Assembly (NCBI RefSeq): GCF_050920415.1
Contig: NZ_CP169309.1
Length of the DNA: 64,000 bases
Direction: 5' to 3' (one strand)
Source: Escherichia coli
GTDB taxonomy: Bacteria; Pseudomonadota; Gammaproteobacteria; Enterobacterales; Enterobacteriaceae
Part shown: in pieces, positions 23,571 to 32,961 of the stretch
How positions within the stretch are numbered: the first letter of the stretch is position 1
Layout: every line of letters starts with the position of its first letter
Translations under genes and position numbers: made by a program
The notes under the pieces: generated by a model
Database searches by the model: none
Told to the model about the DNA's origin: nothing
Seen by the model: the letters and a program-made list of their open reading frames with translations, nothing else

Positions 23571-24941
23571 ATGGCTCGTTCTTTTAAAGTCTTATCGCCA
23601 ACGGCAATCCTCGGGTATGGATTCCCGGAAGAGAGCTTCCGCAAAGCGATGGCAGAATCGCCCGATCTGATCGCCGTTGATGCAGGATCTTCCGATCCAG
23701 GTCCCCACTACCTCGGGGCAGGCAAACCGTTTACCGATCGCGCAGGGGTCAAGCGCGATCTGCGCTATATGATCACCGCAGGCGTGCAAAATAATATACC
23801 GGTGGTGATCGGAACGGCCGGCGGTTCTGGTGCCGCTCCACACCTGGAGTGGTGCCGAGAAATAATTCATGAGATTGCCCGGGAAGAGCGCCTCGCGTTC
23901 TCGATGGCGCTGATCCCGGCAGACGTTGACAAAGCCATCGTCCACCAGGCGCTGGATAACGGCAAAATCACGGCGCTGGATTTTGTCCCGCCGTTAACCC
24001 ACGACTCGATTGACGAAAGTACGTATATCGTCGCGCAAATGGGCATCGAACCCTTCCAGCGGGCGCTGAAAGAAGGAGCGCAAGTGGTGCTGGGCGGGCG
24101 CGCTTACGACCCGGCCTGCTTTGCTGCGCTTCCGATCATGCAAGGCTTTGATGAAGGTCTGGCACTGCATTGTGGGAAAATCCTTGAATGTGCGGCAATC
24201 GCTGCAACACCCGGCTCAGGCTCTGACTGTGCGATGGGCATCATTGATGACAACGGCTTTACGCTGAAGACGTTTAATCCGAAGCGTAAATTTACCGAAA
24301 CGTCAGCTGCTGCACACACACTGTATGAGAAATCCGATCCCTACTTTCTGCCAGGACCTGGCGGCGTGCTAAACCTGAAAGGTTGCACATTTAAAGCGAT
24401 CAATGATGGCGAAGTGTACGTCAGCGGTTCTAAGCATGAAGAAACGCCCTATGCCCTGAAACTGGAAGGTGCGCGGCGGGTGGGTTTCCGCTGTTTGACC
24501 ATCGCCGGAACGCGCGACCCGATCATGATCGCCGGGATCGATAACATCATCGATGAAGTCAAAACCAGCGTTTCGCGTAATCTGTCCTTAGACGATGACA
24601 GCATTCGCATCAATTTCCACCTGTACGGCAAAAACGGGGTGATGGGTGACCATGAACCGATGCAAACTGCCGGGCATGAGCTGGGGATTGTCCTTGATGT
24701 AGTTGCACCGACCCAGGAAATTGCCAACAGCGTTTGCTCGCTGGTGCGCTCTACCATGCTGCACTACGGCTATGAAAACCGCATCGCTACCGCAGGCAAC
24801 CTGGCGTTCCCGTTCTCCCCTTCTGATATCCAGGGCGGGCCGGTATACGAATTTTCCATATATCACCTGATTGAAGCCAACGACGCTCTGCGTTTTGATT
24901 TCCATATTGAACAGGTGACGCCAGAAGGAGTTCAGGCATGA
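23571..24941 (+). CDS. Uncharacterised protein, probably DUF1446 (AtuA-like) family
   Basis: 456-aa soluble protein inside the operon, 4 bp after mal; family assignment is from memory of the AtuA-like family and is tentative. Confidence 0.5.
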   Translation: MARSFKVLSPTAILGYGFPEESFRKAMAESPDLIAVDAGSSDPGPHYLGAGKPFTDRAGVKRDLRYMITAGVQNNIPVVIGTAGGSGAAPHLEWCREIIHEIAREERLAFSMALIPADVDKAIVHQALDNGKITALDFVPPLTHDSIDESTYIVAQMGIEPFQRALKEGAQVVLGGRAYDPACFAALPIMQGFDEGLALHCGKILECAAIAATPGSGSDCAMGIIDDNGFTLKTFNPKRKFTETSAAAHTLYEKSDPYFLPGPGGVLNLKGCTFKAINDGEVYVSGSKHEETPYALKLEGARRVGFRCLTIAGTRDPIMIAGIDNIIDEVKTSVSRNLSLDDDSIRINFHLYGKNGVMGDHEPMQTAGHELGIVLDVVAPTQEIANSVCSLVRSTMLHYGYENRIATAGNLAFPFSPSDIQGGPVYEFSIYHLIEANDALRFDFHIEQVTPEGVQA

Positions 24942-25255
24942 AACAGTCAATTGTCTCACTGGCGCAAGTCATTCGTTCGAAAAATGCCGGACCTTACGAA
25001 CTGGTTTTAGATATTTTATTTAAAACGAAAGAAAACTATGAGCGAGTAAAATCATCAGGGCAATTAACCCCAGAACTGATTGCGCGCTTATATCATGTTG
25101 AACCTGACTTTATTCATCGTATTGTCTGGTTTGATCCTTCTAACGCAGTAAAAATTGTCATGCCACGAGATATTATCTCCGGGAATGTAGGTGACAATGA
25201 TGTCTATGGCGCACAGCAACATGCACCTTTATTAAATATGAGTTTCGATTTGTAA
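24938..25255 (+). CDS. Small uncharacterised protein, probably DUF4387-like partner of the preceding gene
   Basis: 105-aa ORF overlapping the upstream stop by 4 nt (ATGA coupling). Confidence 0.5.
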   Translation: MKQSIVSLAQVIRSKNAGPYELVLDILFKTKENYERVKSSGQLTPELIARLYHVEPDFIHRIVWFDPSNAVKIVMPRDIISGNVGDNDVYGAQQHAPLLNMSFDL

Positions 25256-25341
25256 AAATCCGAACACTTTTAGCCAACTGACATCCCGTCACTTATTGCA
25301 GCTCAACACTTCAGCTATTTGTAAGGTTGTTATAGCAGGTA

Positions 25342-25367
25342 GATGCCTGAATCTCTATTCAGGCATC
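25342..25367 (+). promoter_or_regulatory. Perfect 11-bp inverted repeat (stem-loop or operator) between the DUF4387-like gene and the transporter gene
   Basis: gatgcctgaat-ctct-attcaggcatc; no downstream T-run, so not a classic intrinsic terminator. Confidence 0.4.
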
Positions 25368-25415
25368 CACTTCTCCTGATTCTGATTTATCGCCGTGCAC
25401 CTGATGGAGGAAAAA

Positions 25416-26696
25416 ATGAAGAAAATAAGTTTAACTACGATGATTCTTTTGGCGCTGGTACTTGGAATGATTATCGGCGTAGTGCTCAATAACACTGCTT
25501 CACCGGAAACAGCAAAACTCTATGCGCAAGAAATATCGATATTCACGACGATTTTCTTACGACTGATAAAAATGATTATCGCTCCGTTAGTGGTCTCTAC
25601 CCTGGTGGTAGGTATTGCTAAAATGGGCGATGCCAAAGCCCTTGGTCGTATTTTTTCTAAAACACTCTTTTTATTTATTTGCGCCTCATTGCTGTCAATT
25701 GCCTTAGGCTTGATAACGGTAAATTTCTTCATGCCAGGCACAGGAATTAATTTTGTTGCACACGGTGCCGAAACCACCGGAGTGGTCGCGTCAGAACCCT
25801 TTACACTAAAAGTATTTATTTCGCATGCTTTCCCCACCAGCATTGTCGATGCCATGGCGCACAATGAAATTTTGCAAATCGTGGTGTTCTCAATTTTCCT
25901 CGGCTGTAGCCTGACGGCGATTGGTGAGAAAGGCAGCGCCATCGTTCACGCCTTAGATTCGCTGGCACATGCCATGTTAAAGCTCACTGGCTACGTCATG
26001 CTCTTCGCTCCCCTGACCGTATTCGCCGCTATTTCAGCATTGATTGCTGAACGAGGACTGGCAGTTATGGTGAGCGCCGGGATCTTTATGGGTGAATTTT
26101 ATTTCACCATGTTATTACTTTGGGTGCTGCTTATCGGTCTGGCCATCGTTTATGTCGGCCCCTGCATCAGACGCCTGACCCGCGCCCTTTCAGAACCCGC
26201 CCTGCTGGCATTTACCACATCCAGTTCTGAAGCTGCTTTTCCGGGAACGCTTGAAAAACTGGAGCAATTTGGCGTTTCCCCCAAAATTGCCAGCTTTGTC
26301 TTACCCATTGGCTACTCATTTAATCTCGTTGGATCAATGGCCTACTGCTCCTTCGCCACAGTTTTCATCGCCCAGGCCTGCAATATCCATTTATCCATCG
26401 GTGAGCAAATCACCATGCTGTTGATCCTGATGTTGACCTCGAAAGGAATGGCTGGCGTACCACGCGCCTCAATGGTGGTTATCGCCGCCACGCTCAACCA
26501 GTTCAATATTCCGGAAGCGGGGCTGATCTTGCTGATGGGCGTTGATCCGTTCCTTGATATGGGGCGTTCCGCGACAAACGTCATGAGCAACGCAATGGGC
26601 GCTGCGATGGTGAGTCGGTGGGAAGGCGAACATTTCGGCGAGGGTTGTCGGGGTAAAGCATTAAAACCCAATGAATCGAACGTTGCTCTGCCCTGA
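25416..26696 (+). CDS. Dicarboxylate/amino acid:cation symporter (DAACS/GltP-DctA family)
   Basis: Polytopic membrane protein with an AFTTSSSEAAFP motif typical of the family; GGAGG RBS 5 nt before ATG 25416; the track ORF starts at an upstream GTG. Confidence 0.8.
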   Translation: MKKISLTTMILLALVLGMIIGVVLNNTASPETAKLYAQEISIFTTIFLRLIKMIIAPLVVSTLVVGIAKMGDAKALGRIFSKTLFLFICASLLSIALGLITVNFFMPGTGINFVAHGAETTGVVASEPFTLKVFISHAFPTSIVDAMAHNEILQIVVFSIFLGCSLTAIGEKGSAIVHALDSLAHAMLKLTGYVMLFAPLTVFAAISALIAERGLAVMVSAGIFMGEFYFTMLLLWVLLIGLAIVYVGPCIRRLTRALSEPALLAFTTSSSEAAFPGTLEKLEQFGVSPKIASFVLPIGYSFNLVGSMAYCSFATVFIAQACNIHLSIGEQITMLLILMLTSKGMAGVPRASMVVIAATLNQFNIPEAGLILLMGVDPFLDMGRSATNVMSNAMGAAMVSRWEGEHFGEGCRGKALKPNESNVALP

Positions 26697-26803
26697 GGGG
26701 GATCTTAAGCAATCAGAAGCCAATGACTACGCATTTTTATAAGCCGGATCATGAAGTTAGACGGCAATTAAGTAACACTAACGTTTAAGGTGAAAAGTGA
26801 AAT

Positions 26804-28456
26804 ATGTCCAAACCATTTATCTGGCAAGAACCGTTTCTACAAAATAAAGACGGTACAGAATATACATTAATTAGCGATCAACATATTACAGTAACGGAAT
26901 TAGACGGCGAAGAAGTGATAAAAATCGCTCCTGAAGCATTAACGCTGCTTGCCCGGCAGGCATTTTATGAAGCCTCTTTTTTCTTACGTTCCGCTCATTT
27001 GCAACAGGTCGCCAGCATTCTTAGCGATCCGCAGGCCAGTAGTAATGATAAATACGTTGCGTTGCAGTTATTACGTAATGCTGAAGTCTCAGCAAAAGGG
27101 GTATTACCCAACTGTCAGGATACCGGCACCGCAACTATTGTTGCCAGTAAAGGGCAACAGATATGGACGGGAGGTAACGACGCTGAAGCCTTAAGCAAAG
27201 GCATTTACAGTACTTTCCAGGAAAATAATCTGCGCTTTTCACAAAATGCGCCGCTGGATATGTATACCGAAGTCAATACGCAAACCAATCTCCCGGCGCA
27301 GATTGATATCAGCGCTGTCGCTGGTAATGAGTACCATTTTCTCTGTGTTAATAAAGGGGGCGGCTCCGCCAATAAAGCCGCGCTTTATCAGGAAACCAAA
27401 TCCTTATTGCAACCAGAAAAACTGACCGCGTTTTTAATCGACAAAATGAAATCGTTGGGCACGGCCGCCTGCCCGCCCTACCACATCGCCTTTGTCATCG
27501 GAGGGCTTTCAGCCGATCAAACCTTAAAAGTTGCCAAGCTGGCCTCTACGAAATATTACGACAATTTGCCCACCAGCGGAAACGAGCAGGGACAAGCATT
27601 CCGTGATATTGAGCTGGAAAAAGCGTTGCTCGAAGCCAGTCAGCAATTTGGTATTGGTGCGCAATTTGGGGGTAAATATTTCGCTCATGATATTCGCGTC
27701 ATTCGTCTGCCGCGTCACGGTGGCTCTTGCCCGATAGCTATGGCGCTCTCCTGTTCTGCCGATCGCAATATCAAAGCAAAAATTAACAAGCACGGTATCT
27801 GGCTGGAAAAACTCGAACACAATCCGGGGCAATATATTCCAGCCTCATTGCGGGAAGAAAATCACGCGCAACATGTACACCTGGATCTAAACCGTCCGTT
27901 GCGTGACGTGATGCAGGATCTCGCCAGATTACCGGTAGGTACCCGCGTGTCGTTAAGTGGTCCCATCGTAGTGGCGCGCGATATCGCCCACGCAAAAATA
28001 AAAGCGCGGCTGGATAGCGGCGAATCGATGCCGGATTACCTGAAGCATCATATTGTCTATTACGCTGGCCCGGCGAAAACACCGGAGAACATGGCCTGCG
28101 GTTCACTGGGTCCAACCACGGGCGGTCGAATGGACGGTTATGTCGAAACCTTCCAGGCGGCTGGCGGCAGTCTGGTAATGTTATCGAAAGGTAACCGCAG
28201 CCAGCAGGTCACCGATGCCTGTCACAAACATGGCGGCTTCAATCTGGGAAGTATTGGCGGTGCAGCTGCGTTACTGGCGCAAGAATATGTCAAAAGTCTG
28301 CGTTGCCTGGAATACCCGGAGCTGGGTATGGAGGCGGTGTGGATGATGGAAGTGGAAAATCTGCCCGCATTCATCCTGGTCGATGATAAAGGCAATAATT
28401 TCTTTAGTCAGTTTGAGCAGCAACACCGCTGCGCCAGTTGCCCTGCGGGACATTAA
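26804..28456 (+). CDS. fumD: Class I (Fe-S) fumarate hydratase paralogue, mesaconase-type
   Basis: 550 aa, colinear with FumA/FumB ([45 protein letters not shown]); the fumD name is by analogy to the O157:H7 mesaconase, as I recall it. Confidence 0.8.
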   Translation: MSKPFIWQEPFLQNKDGTEYTLISDQHITVTELDGEEVIKIAPEALTLLARQAFYEASFFLRSAHLQQVASILSDPQASSNDKYVALQLLRNAEVSAKGVLPNCQDTGTATIVASKGQQIWTGGNDAEALSKGIYSTFQENNLRFSQNAPLDMYTEVNTQTNLPAQIDISAVAGNEYHFLCVNKGGGSANKAALYQETKSLLQPEKLTAFLIDKMKSLGTAACPPYHIAFVIGGLSADQTLKVAKLASTKYYDNLPTSGNEQGQAFRDIELEKALLEASQQFGIGAQFGGKYFAHDIRVIRLPRHGGSCPIAMALSCSADRNIKAKINKHGIWLEKLEHNPGQYIPASLREENHAQHVHLDLNRPLRDVMQDLARLPVGTRVSLSGPIVVARDIAHAKIKARLDSGESMPDYLKHHIVYYAGPAKTPENMACGSLGPTTGGRMDGYVETFQAAGGSLVMLSKGNRSQQVTDACHKHGGFNLGSIGGAAALLAQEYVKSLRCLEYPELGMEAVWMMEVENLPAFILVDDKGNNFFSQFEQQHRCASCPAGH

Positions 28457-28465
28457 GGAAAATGA

Positions 28466-29068
28466 ATGGAAGCGCGAATTTCAACTGAACGGCATGTGCA
28501 GCGCCAGCAGAAATTGAAGGAACAGGTCGATACGCGCGTCGCGGCGGCGATAGAGAAAAAAGGGATCTTGATTGTTTTCACCGGCAACGGCAAAGGGAAA
28601 TCCACTGCCGCGTTTGGTACTGTGACGCGCGCGGTGGGTCATGGCAAAACGGTGGGGGTTGCACAGTACATCAAGGGGCAATGGGACAACGGCGAATACA
28701 ACCTTCTCCAGCCGCTGGGGGTTGAGTTTCATATTATGGGAACCGGTTTTACCTGGGAGACTCAGAACCGGCAAGCGGATATCGATGCGGCGAAAGAGGT
28801 CTGGTCGGAAAGCAAACGGATGCTGGCTGACAAGCGTTACGACTTAGTGGTGCTTGATGAGCTCACCTATATGCTGGCTTACCATTATCTGGATACAGAA
28901 GAAGTGATCACTTCTCTGCAAAACCGTCCGGCACAACAAAGTGTCATTGTCACCGGACGCGGTTGCCACAGTCAGATATTAAAAATGGCGGATACGGTAA
29001 GTGAAATCCGCCCCGTCAAACATGCTTTTGATAACGGCATTCAGGCCCAGCCGGGGATCGACTGGTAA
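28466..29068 (+). CDS. Cob(I)alamin adenosyltransferase (CobA/BtuR family) paralogue
   Basis: 200 aa with P-loop VFTGNGKGKST; colinear with E. coli BtuR. Confidence 0.85.
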   Translation: MEARISTERHVQRQQKLKEQVDTRVAAAIEKKGILIVFTGNGKGKSTAAFGTVTRAVGHGKTVGVAQYIKGQWDNGEYNLLQPLGVEFHIMGTGFTWETQNRQADIDAAKEVWSESKRMLADKRYDLVVLDELTYMLAYHYLDTEEVITSLQNRPAQQSVIVTGRGCHSQILKMADTVSEIRPVKHAFDNGIQAQPGIDW

Positions 29069-29071
29069 TAA

Positions 29072-29105
29072 CTGCGCCTGGCATCCCGCCAGGCGCAGGT
29101 TTTAC
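29072..29105. terminator. Bidirectional hairpin terminator between the cobA-like and LysR genes
   Basis: ctgcgcctgg-catcccg-ccaggcgcag with flanking T/A runs; lies between convergent stop codons. Confidence 0.6.
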
Positions 29106-30007
29106 ATCTCCTGCGGTACGACCGATTTCGCCAGCAACCATTCACGAAATTGCTGCAAGTGCGGAGAGTCAGACTTCTCTTCCTGCCACGTCATAATAAA
29201 ACGATTACCGGTACGAATAGGCACATCACAGGGGATCACCATATCGCCACTATCCAAATCATGTTGAATAGCGAACCGTGGTAACAGCGCCACGCCGAGA
29301 TTAGAGCGCACGGCGGCAATCAGCATTGAAAGCAAATCGAAACGTGGTCCGTTATTGACCAGCGGACTGCTAACGCCAGATAAAGCAAACCACTCTTCCC
29401 AGCCAGTAATACGGGTGCTTTGATGCAGAAGTGGTAACTCAGTAAGCAGTTCTGCCACTGACAGTTTTTGATCGGACATTGCAAGCAAACTGCCGCTGCA
29501 TACCGGCAAAATCTCCTCTTCAAAGAGATATTCTACTTCCGCCCAGGGCGCGCAAAAATTTTCGCGCATAATGACAGCATCGTACTCCCGATTAAGAAAA
29601 TCGCCGTTATTAGCTAAAGAATGAATATTAACAATAATATCGGGATGTAACTTTGTGAATTCATGTAAATTTGGGATTAACCAGTGGGTACTAAACGTAG
29701 GATTAACGGCAAGTTCAATAACCTGAACCGTAGGCTGCCAGGTCATAATCGTATTGGTATCGCGTTCCAGCTTATTTAATGTTTCTTTTACTATCCCCAG
29801 GTAATACTTCCCTGCATCATTAAGAAAAATGCGTTTTTTAGAGTGTGAAAATAACGGAGTATGTAAAAATTCCTCCAGCGCACTTACTTGTCTGAATACA
29901 GCACTTTGGGTTAACGCTAACTCCTCAGCCGCTCTGGTATAACTTTCATGTCGTGCGACGACCTCAAAAGTCACCAGCAGCTCCGTTTTAGGTATTTTTC
30001 CTCGCAT
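29102..30007 (-). CDS. LysR-family transcriptional regulator
   Basis: N-terminal helix-turn-helix (YTRAAEELALTQSAVFRQV) plus co-inducer-binding domain; start chosen at the internal Met (MRGKIP...), the track ORF extends to 30037. Confidence 0.8.
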   Translation of the reverse strand: MRGKIPKTELLVTFEVVARHESYTRAAEELALTQSAVFRQVSALEEFLHTPLFSHSKKRIFLNDAGKYYLGIVKETLNKLERDTNTIMTWQPTVQVIELAVNPTFSTHWLIPNLHEFTKLHPDIIVNIHSLANNGDFLNREYDAVIMRENFCAPWAEVEYLFEEEILPVCSGSLLAMSDQKLSVAELLTELPLLHQSTRITGWEEWFALSGVSSPLVNNGPRFDLLSMLIAAVRSNLGVALLPRFAIQHDLDSGDMVIPCDVPIRTGNRFIMTWQEEKSDSPHLQQFREWLLAKSVVPQEM

Positions 30008-30596
30008 AATGCCGTCCGTGAAAAAATAACAACTCAAAAATTATTTTATAAAAAACAGTAGCACTAATGAATATCATAATTCAAATAAACAAACCAGTCA
30101 GCTATATGTCTAACCAGGAAAATAAAGTGACAATAATCCTAAAACAGGAATTTCACCTCAGTTATCCGCATGCAATACTTTAAAGCTATTATTGCAAGAA
30201 TATTATTCATATACATGAATATACTCTAAATAAGTCAAGTTGCAGGAAGGGAACAAATAATGAATTTCCAGAAGCTTACATAAGTAAGTGACCTGGGTGA
30301 GCGAACATCGATGCAGCACATGCAACTTGAATTATGACAAGTATACAATGATAAATTTATATACCCTATGTTATATATTATCTATGTCCGGTTAAATTGA
30401 ATGAGTCATAGCCTTAAAAGACTTCACAAAAGATAATTCCTCTTTAACAATAAGCCAGATTTACCACTTGTAAAACTTGCTATCGCCACATACACTACGC
30501 GCGTTTTCTTTCCCTTTTGCTGGCTGCTGACCGGAAAGACAAAATTACCCTCGCAATACAGGGGGTTGTTTAACGTCTATATTTCAGGACAGCGTT

Positions 30597-31994
30597 ATGC
30601 ATCATCTTTTAAGGCTTGATAAAGCCTTTCTGCGCAAAGGGATCCAACTTTCCCGTGCCAACAATATTGTTTCATTATGTCGTCCATCAGGAGCCAGTGC
30701 CCGCGTACTGCTGCCGGACGAACTGCCGCTGGAAGAAAAAGCAGTGACACAACTGCTTGATTTTGCAGAAGTGAAGATACCAGGCCATCCAGGTTACGTA
30801 CGCCAGACGTGCGCGACGCCAGATTTTCATCCCGGCAATGGCGTCCCCGTTGGCGCGGTGGTGGCCTCAACGCCGGATTTAGTCATTCCCGCCGCCATCG
30901 GCACCGATATTTCTTGTGGCATGCGGCTGCTGACGACCGGATTAACACTTGAGCAAGCCGAAGCGCATAAAGACGTCATCGCTCAGCGGTTAACGCAAGT
31001 GCTACTGCAAAATGAGCGCGATGTTCCGTTATCCGCACAGGCGTTCACCGCGCTTTTTGATGGCGGACCGGCAGATTGCGTGTCGACCTTGCCATCAGCA
31101 GGTCTCTGGACACGCACGAATATCCCCCGAATGGTACAAGAGATTGACCGCTGCATTGGGCTTAACGAGCATAACAGTCATTCGCGTTATGCCCCACCCG
31201 CCCTGCTGGCAACGGACCGCGCATTACTCCGCGATCCTTGTCTGGGTACGCCGGGTTCAGGTAATCATTTTATTGAACTTCAGGTCGTTGATAGCGTGGT
31301 TGATCGCCATGTAGCCTGGCAACAAGGGCTGAAAACAGGCGATATTGTGGTGATGATCCACAGTGGATCGCGAGATGTTGGCTTTTACGTCGGAAGACGC
31401 TGGATGGATCGCGCCCGTGCTGAATGGCCCACCGGACATAAACATCCACAAAGCGGGTTATATGGTCTGGCAGGCGGACTGGCGGAGGAATATCTACAAG
31501 CGATAGGAATGGCGGCGCGTTACGCGTGGTTAAATCGCGTGACAATTGCCGAAATGGTGCGCGTATGTCTTGCCAATCTCTTTCATCAGGACAATTCGCA
31601 TCTGGTGGTGGATGTGCCACATAACATCATCCTTCGCGAGCATGAAATGAATATTCATCGCAAAGGCGCAACACCGGCACGAGTGGGCAATCTGGCGTTA
31701 ATCCCTGGTTCAATGGGCGATTATTCGTGGCTTGCGGTAGGTTGCGGCAACCCGGAGTGGCTGTGGTCATGCAGTCACGGAGCAGGACGCAGCCAGCGTC
31801 GGCAGGCCATGCGCTCACGCGCGACTGAAGAGTCAACGCTGCCGTGGCAATGCGTCACATTGCGCGAAGAACGACGTCTTGAAGAAGCGCCAGCGGCTTA
31901 TAAAGATATTGGTCCGGTTATCGAAGCTCAACAAGAAGCCGGATTAATTCAGCCAGCGGTCAGATTTCGACCGTGGTTAACGTTTAAAGCATAA
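30597..31994 (+). CDS. RtcB-family RNA ligase paralogue (3'-phosphate/5'-OH ligase)
   Basis: 465 aa with the RtcB signature blocks IPAAIGTDISCGMRL, GSGNHFIEL, MIHSGSRDVG, IPGSMGDYS and CSHGAGR; about 30-aa N-terminal extension relative to K-12 RtcB. Confidence 0.8.
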   Translation: MHHLLRLDKAFLRKGIQLSRANNIVSLCRPSGASARVLLPDELPLEEKAVTQLLDFAEVKIPGHPGYVRQTCATPDFHPGNGVPVGAVVASTPDLVIPAAIGTDISCGMRLLTTGLTLEQAEAHKDVIAQRLTQVLLQNERDVPLSAQAFTALFDGGPADCVSTLPSAGLWTRTNIPRMVQEIDRCIGLNEHNSHSRYAPPALLATDRALLRDPCLGTPGSGNHFIELQVVDSVVDRHVAWQQGLKTGDIVVMIHSGSRDVGFYVGRRWMDRARAEWPTGHKHPQSGLYGLAGGLAEEYLQAIGMAARYAWLNRVTIAEMVRVCLANLFHQDNSHLVVDVPHNIILREHEMNIHRKGATPARVGNLALIPGSMGDYSWLAVGCGNPEWLWSCSHGAGRSQRRQAMRSRATEESTLPWQCVTLREERRLEEAPAAYKDIGPVIEAQQEAGLIQPAVRFRPWLTFKA

Positions 31995-32091
31995 AAAAGG
32001 CCATCATATGATGGCCAACCATGTCGAAACCGACAGCCCTTCGCCATTCCTGTAGAGGGAAGCGGCGAGGGCTATTTCTTATTACAAGTAT
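31993..32091 (-). ncRNA. sdhX: 3'-UTR-derived sRNA SdhX (RybD) with the sucD terminator
   Basis: About 97 nt directly after the sucD stop, ending in the ggccatcat-atgatggcc hairpin plus U-run (31993-32016); assigned from position relative to sucD, sequence identity to K-12 not verified. Confidence 0.45.
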
Positions 32092-32961
32092 TTATTTCAG
32101 AACAGTTTTCAGAGCTTCACCGATGTCAGCCAGGCTGCGAACGGTTTTCACGCCTGCGGCTTCCAGAGCAGCGAATTTCTCATCCGCAGTCCCTTTCCCA
32201 CCGGCAATGATGGCACCCGCGTGGCCCATACGTTTGCCTTTCGGCGCAGTTACACCAGCGATGTAACCTACAACTGGCTTGGTAACGTGCTCTTTGATGT
32301 ACGCAGCCGCTTCTTCTTCAGCGCTACCGCCGATCTCACCGATCATCACGATCGCTTCGGTCTGCGGATCTTTTTCGAACATTTCGAGGATGTCGATAAA
32401 GTTAGAACCAGGGATCGGGTCGCCGCCGATACCGACACAGGTCGACTGACCGAAACCGTAATCCGTGGTCTGTTTAACCGCTTCATAGGTCAGTGTACCG
32501 GAACGGGAAACGATACCCACTTTACCCGGTTTGTGAATGTGACCAGGCTGGATGCCGATTTTACATTCACCCGGAGTGATAACGCCCGGGCAGTTCGGGC
32601 CGATCATGCGTACGCCAGCTTCGTCCAGTTTCACTTTCACCGTCAGCATATCCAGCGTCGGGATGCCTTCAGTGATGGTGATAATCAGTTTGATACCTGC
32701 GTCGATGGCTTCCAGAATGGAGTCTTTGCAGAACGGAGCCGGTACGTAGATAACAGAAGCGGTAGCGCCAGTGGCAGCAACGGCTTCACGCACGGTGTTG
32801 AACACCGGCAGACCAAGGTGGGTAGTACCGCCTTTACCTGGGGTTACGCCGCCAACCATTTTAGTGCCGTATGCAATGGCCTGTTCAGAGTGGAAAGTCC
32901 CCTGGCTACCAGTAAAGCCCTGGCAGATAACCTTGGTGTTTTTATCAATTAAAATGGACAT
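32092..32961 (-). CDS. sucD: Succinyl-CoA synthetase alpha subunit
   Basis: 289-aa match to SucD. Confidence 0.95.

Noticed and set aside
25395-25415. Upstream GTG (25395) or ATG (25404) as the transporter start
   Set aside because: The GGAGG RBS at 25406-25410 is correctly spaced only for ATG 25416, and the signal-like hydrophobic N-terminus starts there.
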